Assembly (NCBI GenBank): GCA_964057225.1
Contig: OZ059897.1
Coordinates: forward strand, 7,998,001-8,062,000
Direction of reading: 5' to 3'
Source: Auanema rhodensis
Taxonomy: Eukaryota; Animalia; Nematoda
Length of the DNA: 64,000 bases
The notes under the pieces are model-generated. The model worked only from the letters and a program-made list of their open reading frames with translations, ran no database searches and was not told the origin of the DNA. The position numbers were made by a program, and so were the translations under genes. Positions 57,551 through 64,000 of the stretch are shown piece by piece; the stretch's first letter is position 1; every line of letters begins with the position of its first letter.

Positions 57551-60500
57551 TCAGTTGTAAAAGTAACCACAAATGAAGAGGGAACAATTCTCATATATTT
57601 GAAACTGTTCGGTGTATACTTTGTGATATTTAAATGGAGTATGTACAACCCTACAATTTTAATCTAACTAAGAAATGACTAATGAATATATCTGACACGG
57701 GACCGAGCCCGGATACAAATTAGCATAGCCAATATTATATCATAATTCGTTTTGCACTTTGAATTTTGAATGTTAACTAACTACGCTGAAAGCGATATAG
57801 TTAGCATAGTTATTTCAGAAAATTTGAGTATTGAACACAACCGATGTATACTGCATTAATTGTTGAAATGATGTGGAATCACATCGTTATGTTACATTAT
57901 TAGAATATATCGGGCAATCAATATTAATATTGATTATTTATCTCTTAATGTAACCATGTTATTTGATACGGTAATATAAGTAGAATAACATATCACTGCG
58001 TTTTTTATCAATTCAACACGATAAATTAGATTTCGGCAGAAGAATAGGCATTAACAATTGCTTGTCTGGGGCTCTTTTGGGCAAGCCACTTGTTTACTGT
58101 TTTGAGAAATTTTTGAACTTTATTGATCATTAGCATATTCTTCAAGCACTTCGTTTGAATGTAAGGGCTGTTGTTTTTTGGCTATACATGGGCTTTGCTG
58201 CTAGTTTGCTGCTGTGCTTCAGCTGTCTCATATCGATTAACTAGAGGAAGGATAGAAGGCGAGTATTCGCCCTAGCTGCATTTATGTTTCAGCCTAAGGG
58301 CTATTTTCTTTTAGCCCAATGCTTTGCTGTTGCTTCTTACCCTCGTATTTCTATACAACAGTTTGAGGAGGCATCATTCGAATTCTATATAAATGCTCTA
58401 TCTTGTACTTTACTGCTTTCTCATTCCTTGTTCCAGCTTCTTGCATCCTATAAAGACGCGTCCTGCAACATTCACATCTGCCTCATCTCCATATCTGGCA
58501 TTAGTGATCCTGGATATTATAATGTGCTATATCTCGGCCACATGCTGCATAAACTAACATTCATTCCTACTTGTTTACTAATTTTTTTCATTAGATCTCT
58601 GTTTCGTCTTTCATAAGAAGATTAATATTACCTCGAGAGCTAATGCGAACGTGTGTCTTTTCCTGAAAATGGTTCATTTTGGCTCATGATTAAGCCACTG
58701 AAAAAGAGAAAGCTAAAGCTAAATGGAATCAGAGTAGCAGCTGGGACCCGAGTGCTCTAGAACCTCCAAGATTCCATTTTCAGCTGTTTGGCTTTCTTCT
58801 ATTTCTTTTTGTTCTTATGTGTTGTGTATTTTATTTGTGCCACATTTAAAGTTTTTATTGTGTCCCAAGTCTGAAGGTTCAATATTCAGAAATTCGAATG
58901 TATTTTCCTCATTTCTCCCAAACTGTGAAGTGAAGTTGGCAGCAGTAGTGAAGTTTGGGAGAGTAAATTCTGTTTGGAAACTGTTTTTTCAAACTATCGT
59001 TCGTGTTTTCTTTACTAACTTTTAACTCATCTTTTGCTCACATTGTTCATTAACGTCTTCTCCTTATTAGACCTGGATGCATCCGCTTGCTGCCGCCGTC
59101 AGTTGTCGTCTGCGGTTAGTGAGTAGTCAAGAAAGAGAATGGAGTAAGAGTGAGAAAGGGGTGAGAGAGATAGAGGGAGCAAGCGCATTAACAAACAATT
59201 TCAGAGAATCAGAGAAGCAGCGAAAGAGTATGCATGTCTGTGTATGCATGTGCATTGGTATGCTGCTTCGACTCGTCTCGAAAATATTTAGCCTCGGAGT
59301 TGGCTGTGAAAGGAACTGAGAAGATGAGGAACAAAGCTTGAATGCGTAGACATAACATAGTCGCGGGTGTTTTCCTTAAGATGGACCTACATCTCACGAT
59401 TTAGTACTACATTTTTTTCCACAACTTGATCATATGGCTTAGATTAATTAAGTCGTTGATGATGTAGCGTAATATTACTTATGAGTCTTTCCACCCTCTC
59501 TTTCTTGTACATATGAATACCTTCGTTTCCTGAGCTGTCCAATTTTCGTATTCGTTCGTTCACTCATCTTGTCAAGCATGTTCATATGTTTATTGGGTTA
59601 TATATCTTTATTCTCTACTCATACTTTGAAACTCATATGCTAGTCTTTATATGAAATTTGAGCTATTCTTTCATATAACTAACGATGCAGGCGACATAAA
59701 CCTTGCTCTCGACAAACCATGAGCTGGCTTAACGTGAAACACCTAAGCCAGTTCTAGAATACATTAACTATTAGATGGTTTCCTTCTAATCTCATCCTAG
59801 TATCCTTTCATCTTTTTAAACTTCAAATAATGAATAATGATTCCAATTCTGAATGCCTGTTGAATGACGAATGGCTTGCCTATAGTTGAATCTGTTATTG
59901 CTATTCTAGCTTAATCTTGTCCACTAACTCCCAAGAGAAAATTGAAGACCCAACCGCCAGCTCTCCAATGGAGAAATCTTGCTCTTCATAAGGTCAATTG
60001 CTAGCATATCTCATGACGTCATCTTTTTTGTTATTTAACATAGGATGAATCTAATCTATAAATCCCTATGAGTTGCTCAAAAAATTCATTTTCGTCACAC
60101 TTGTTTCTTGTTTTTCCCAACGTTTATTAGCTGGTAGGAGAGGAATCCAAGAAGGAACAAATACTCTTCAAAGCATTTCACCCGAGCATTAGCCTTCTGA
60201 TTACTTCTTTTCATAATCATTTATAGCTCTGTATTTTATCTAATTATGTATATAATTTAAAGCTTCATTCAAACTCAATTGCTTTTCTTTTGCAATGTAG
60301 TAGTAATAAGTCAAACTAAAAAGAAAAGGCTTAATGATGGAGCAAGCTGTAACTGTCGACTTTAATAGCTGTTTAACGAATATTGGTAGCTTCTTGAATG
60401 TGTCACCTTCTTTCTTTAGCTTTATCTCTCATTTTGTTTTCAGTTTTTTTCAATGACTTCCATATTCACGTTAGGCGTGACGTGATCTAGGAATGTTATT

Positions 60501-62284
60501 TCATTTGGCGTGAACAAAGGGAACGGTTGTGCTTCAGCTTTTCGTTATTCCTCCCACCCTTCGGATATTTTTTCGTTCTCTTAGTCTCATTTCGCTCAAG
60601 TTTGCTCTACTTTTTTCTCTTCCTTTCATCATCATCATCATCATTCTCGTCATCAGCCGCCTGGATAATGAATAGCTGACGAGAAGAGCAATCATTTTTC
60701 GTCAGAATCCCTAGCAATCCCACATTCTTTCCTAAATTCTATTTCTAAAGTTGAAATTGCGTTTTTTGGAGCTTCAGCTCAGTTTTCTTTCGATAAAAAA
60801 CTTCCAATCCGCTTTTATGATACTTCGTGAATCCTCCGTTGAAAATTAATCAAGGGAAGGCCCAGAAATCTTTAAATGTTTTCATACTTCTAACGACGAA
60901 AATTTCATTGAGTTTGTGAGAGTCGAGTGAAGAATACATTGACTTGCAAATTAGTAATTGTCCTTCTTAACTACATAGGATTTTTCATGATTTATGAGGG
61001 TGTCTATCATATTTTCTGTTTAAGAGCAACCCACGTAACTCTATTTTATCCTAACTTAGTTTATAGTTTAGATAAAATTTTTAGAAAACTTTTTTCTTGT
61101 CTGTGTTTCAATTCGTGTGGTTCGTCAATTATCGGTTCAATCCACCGACGTCATACACGCAAGTGCCAGCTATATAATTCGATATGGAAGTTGGGAAGCT
61201 GGGCAGCCAAATTGGCATCGATTCCAGTCCTTTTTTGCTGTTGAGCCAGTTCAAAGCTCTGTTTTTCGCAACAGAAGCTCTAAAACACAACGCATTTTGC
61301 TGCTGTTGATGAAAGCAAATGCACAGAAATTCGTGGTCGTGCAAGGGAATTTTTCATAAACACATGTAAAAGTAATGATCAGCAAGAAAGAAACAACAGA
61401 TTCATAGATGCTTTGATATTAAATAAATAGTAATAAGAGTTTTAATAACAGATAACGTTTTCTCAATTACTTAATTTATTGTGATCTTCCCGGAATTAAT
61501 GAAAGAATAACTGCCTACTTATAAAAGCTCAACAAGTTTTGGTCACAATCCGAACAATAAGATGAGCTTACTTGATTTTAAATTAGCATCATGCTTCATC
61601 GTCTGCTGTTTGCTGACTAAACCAAAAGAAAGAAGACCAGGCACTCAAATAGGAGCACTACTAGGTCGCTTTCTGTGCTATTCTCTCTTCTGCTTTCCTG
61701 TCAAGGCCATGATTACTTGCTTATAGCTATTGATTCTTATAGCGAAGAGCTCTTTTCTCTCTTTCCCTCTCTCTGTCACAATCTCTCCACCCTTTCTCGT
61801 TCTTTCCAATAACTAAACCTCATCGTTTCCCTTAATTTTCTTCGTTGGGTTCTCTTCCATCATATTGAATGCTACTTATCAAGTCATTGATCAATACCGC
61901 TACATGTATAGTTGCCTGGATCATCAGAATCTTTTACTTCATTCGATGTATTTTCCGTTTTATTCTTTTAGTTTAACTCATTTTATGACTTTGAAGCATG
62001 CTTGTTTTTGCTTGAGGTTTCCCTAGTTGCTACGACAGTTAACCAAAAAAAATGGCTGTTCTATTCACTTTACTGTTCTCTTCTCATTTGTTGAGCTCAT
62101 ATACTTATTATTATGCCGACAATTATAGCCTTATTTTACTCATTTTCAGATTAATACTGGCTTTATTGAACTTGTGAACCATGTGGGTATCCTGAGTTCG
62201 GTCATCGTTGTCATTACTTCATCTAGCCGACATATATAGTAGCAGAAAGTGGTCGACGCAAGTTCCAAGCCATCACCAAGCATC

Positions 62285-64000
62285 ATGTCTTCCGTCAAAG
62301 TAGCTGTTCGTGTACGTCCCTTTAATCAGAGGGAAATTGCCAATGGATCTAAGTGTGTCATTGAGATGTGTGGCACCCAAACGAGTATGTTGAATTATAT
62401 TTTCAGAAAAATTTCATTTCTCTCAACTAAAAGTTTGCCAGTTTCTTTTTGATTCCGTTTTCTTCTGTAACAAAACGAAAAAGAATAAAAAGAATTAAAG
62501 TGAGAAGGAGAAATCATTCAAGGGTGATTAGTTTACTACGAGTTAATTCTTTTTTTCCACCATCTAGGTTTAGAAAAGTAAATCTCACAACTAATCTCAT
62601 TGATTTTTGCTGACATATTGTCTTCCAATCAAACTATGAATGTCATTAATGAAAGTGCATCAGCCTAAAACTATTTGTTCAAAAACATAAAGAGATCATC
62701 GTATTTATGATTCAGCTTTTTGTGTCGGTGTTTGTATCCTTAAATGGTCGATCCAAACAGCATGCATAAATTAAGTGTGCTCAAGTATGAATCATGAACA
62801 GGAAGAGCATTGAAATCAACTTGGTTTCTTTAAAATTCCACGTCAACATTACTTCATTCAGTTTTTTATATATAAAATGTAATTATAGCTTATTGTATGA
62901 AAGCTTTCTCGTCTTCCTTGTCAGATATGTTCACCCTTTTTTCTGTTTTCGTGTTCTGTTCCTTTATAAGGCGAAATGCATCTATGGATGGGTCTGTGTT
63001 CGCTTCAGGCTATGCTCAAATCCACATGGAACATTTATTTAGTTTTTTTCGTGTTCATATAGAAGCAGAATACGACAAGGACGTAGCGAGCAATTCTTTT
63101 TTTTGTCGACTCTTTATAGCAGCTTACGTCATTCGTTTCGTCCATTTTGCTGACATCACATACATAATTAAAAGCAGACAAAGCACATGAAAAACAGACT
63201 CACCGAAAGGATGGAAAGAAACCGTCTTTTGATGTTTCGATCTGTTCCTCTTTTTTTTATCCGAGAGACACAATTTTAGCAGCTTCGAATTGAGCCTTTC
63301 ACTACATCTTTCTTATTAGATTAGATAATAAAATATAGGAGAGCTTGCAAAGAAATAAAAAACAAGTTTGAAGAAAAGATTAAAGAAAAAGAAGTTAGCC
63401 AATGAATTTATTCTTTCATAAAGACAATGAGAAGCATCAAAATTCTTTTTATCAATGCATTAGTAAGAATCTTATGCCACTAGCTTCATCATTCTTCTCC
63501 GTTCACAGGAATTTTAAATAAGAATTTAGCAAATTCTTACATTCCCACAGATCTGATACTTTTGCATGTTTGTTTTTGAATTAGCCGATTAAGTACATTA
63601 AGCAAAACAACGTGGTGCATGACGCGGTATGTTAATGAACTAAAGTGCATATTTGTCTGATATTTTGATTTTAACATATCGTATGACGAAGAGATGGTTG
63701 CTCTCGAAAATCTTTTCTTTCAATAATATTTTAAATAAATTCAATTTATTTATATTTTTCTTTCAGTCATCAAGGGTAATACACCGGATAAGTTTCATAA
63801 TTTCAATTTTGACCACTCTTATTGGTCAAGTGACAAGAATGATTCCCATTTTGCTACTCAAAAGCAAGTCTATGATGACTTGGGAGTGGAAATGTTGGAA
63901 CATTCTTTTGAAGGGTAAGAATTCGTTCTACTGAAATGCTTTCAAGTTTTCTTTATAGGTATAATGTATGTATATTCGCTTATGGACAAACCGGTGCAGG
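62285..64000 (+). CDS. unc-104: Kinesin-3 motor UNC-104/KIF1A; 5' part, continues off the window end
   Basis: Exons 62285-62384, 63767-63914 and 63959-64000 give [33 protein letters not shown]|[50 protein letters not shown]|[14 protein letters not shown]. An upstream TTTTCAG acceptor lies near 62149. Confidence 0.96.

Noticed and set aside
57609-57710. Minus-strand GGGCTCGGTCC matching the recalled 5' end of C. elegans Y RNA
   Set aside because: The complementary 3' TTGACC strand and a Pol III terminator are missing. An Rfam Y/sbRNA search would settle it.
58257-58275. Hairpin AGGCGA-GTAT-TCGCCT followed by CTAG, like a Helitron 3' end (similar case at 59723-59757)
   Set aside because: The hairpin-to-CTAG spacing and the following base do not fit, and no 5' end was identified.

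Overview
AT-rich eukaryotic DNA with about 47-nt modal introns and TTTCAG/TTTTAG acceptors. The gene content points to a rhabditid nematode. Most ORFs in the supplied track are exon fragments or noise, so genes were assembled by hand from splice signals. In order: 5' part of a secreted DOMON-domain gene (-), tRNA-Lys(UUU) (+), kinetochore scaffold knl-1 (-), an SLC6/snf amino-acid-type transporter (+), about 14 kb of microsatellite-rich non-coding DNA, an 11-exon PTB+SH2 adaptor (+), szt-2 (-) and smc-5 (-) in a probable operon, and the 5' end of kinesin-3 unc-104 (+). The most notable observations: (1) knl-1 MELT-like motifs expanded as tandem exon+intron cassettes with a 167-bp period and a dimeric higher order; (2) a 700-bp TA-flanked element with perfect 16-bp terminal inverted repeats inside an szt-2 intron; (3) a GC-rich island upstream of the snf gene that resembles a degenerate type I hammerhead ribozyme; (4) two GC-AG introns and an unexplained 1.4-kb intron in szt-2. 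I cannot claim a proven new biological system. Protein identifications rest on recalled family motifs, not database searches.
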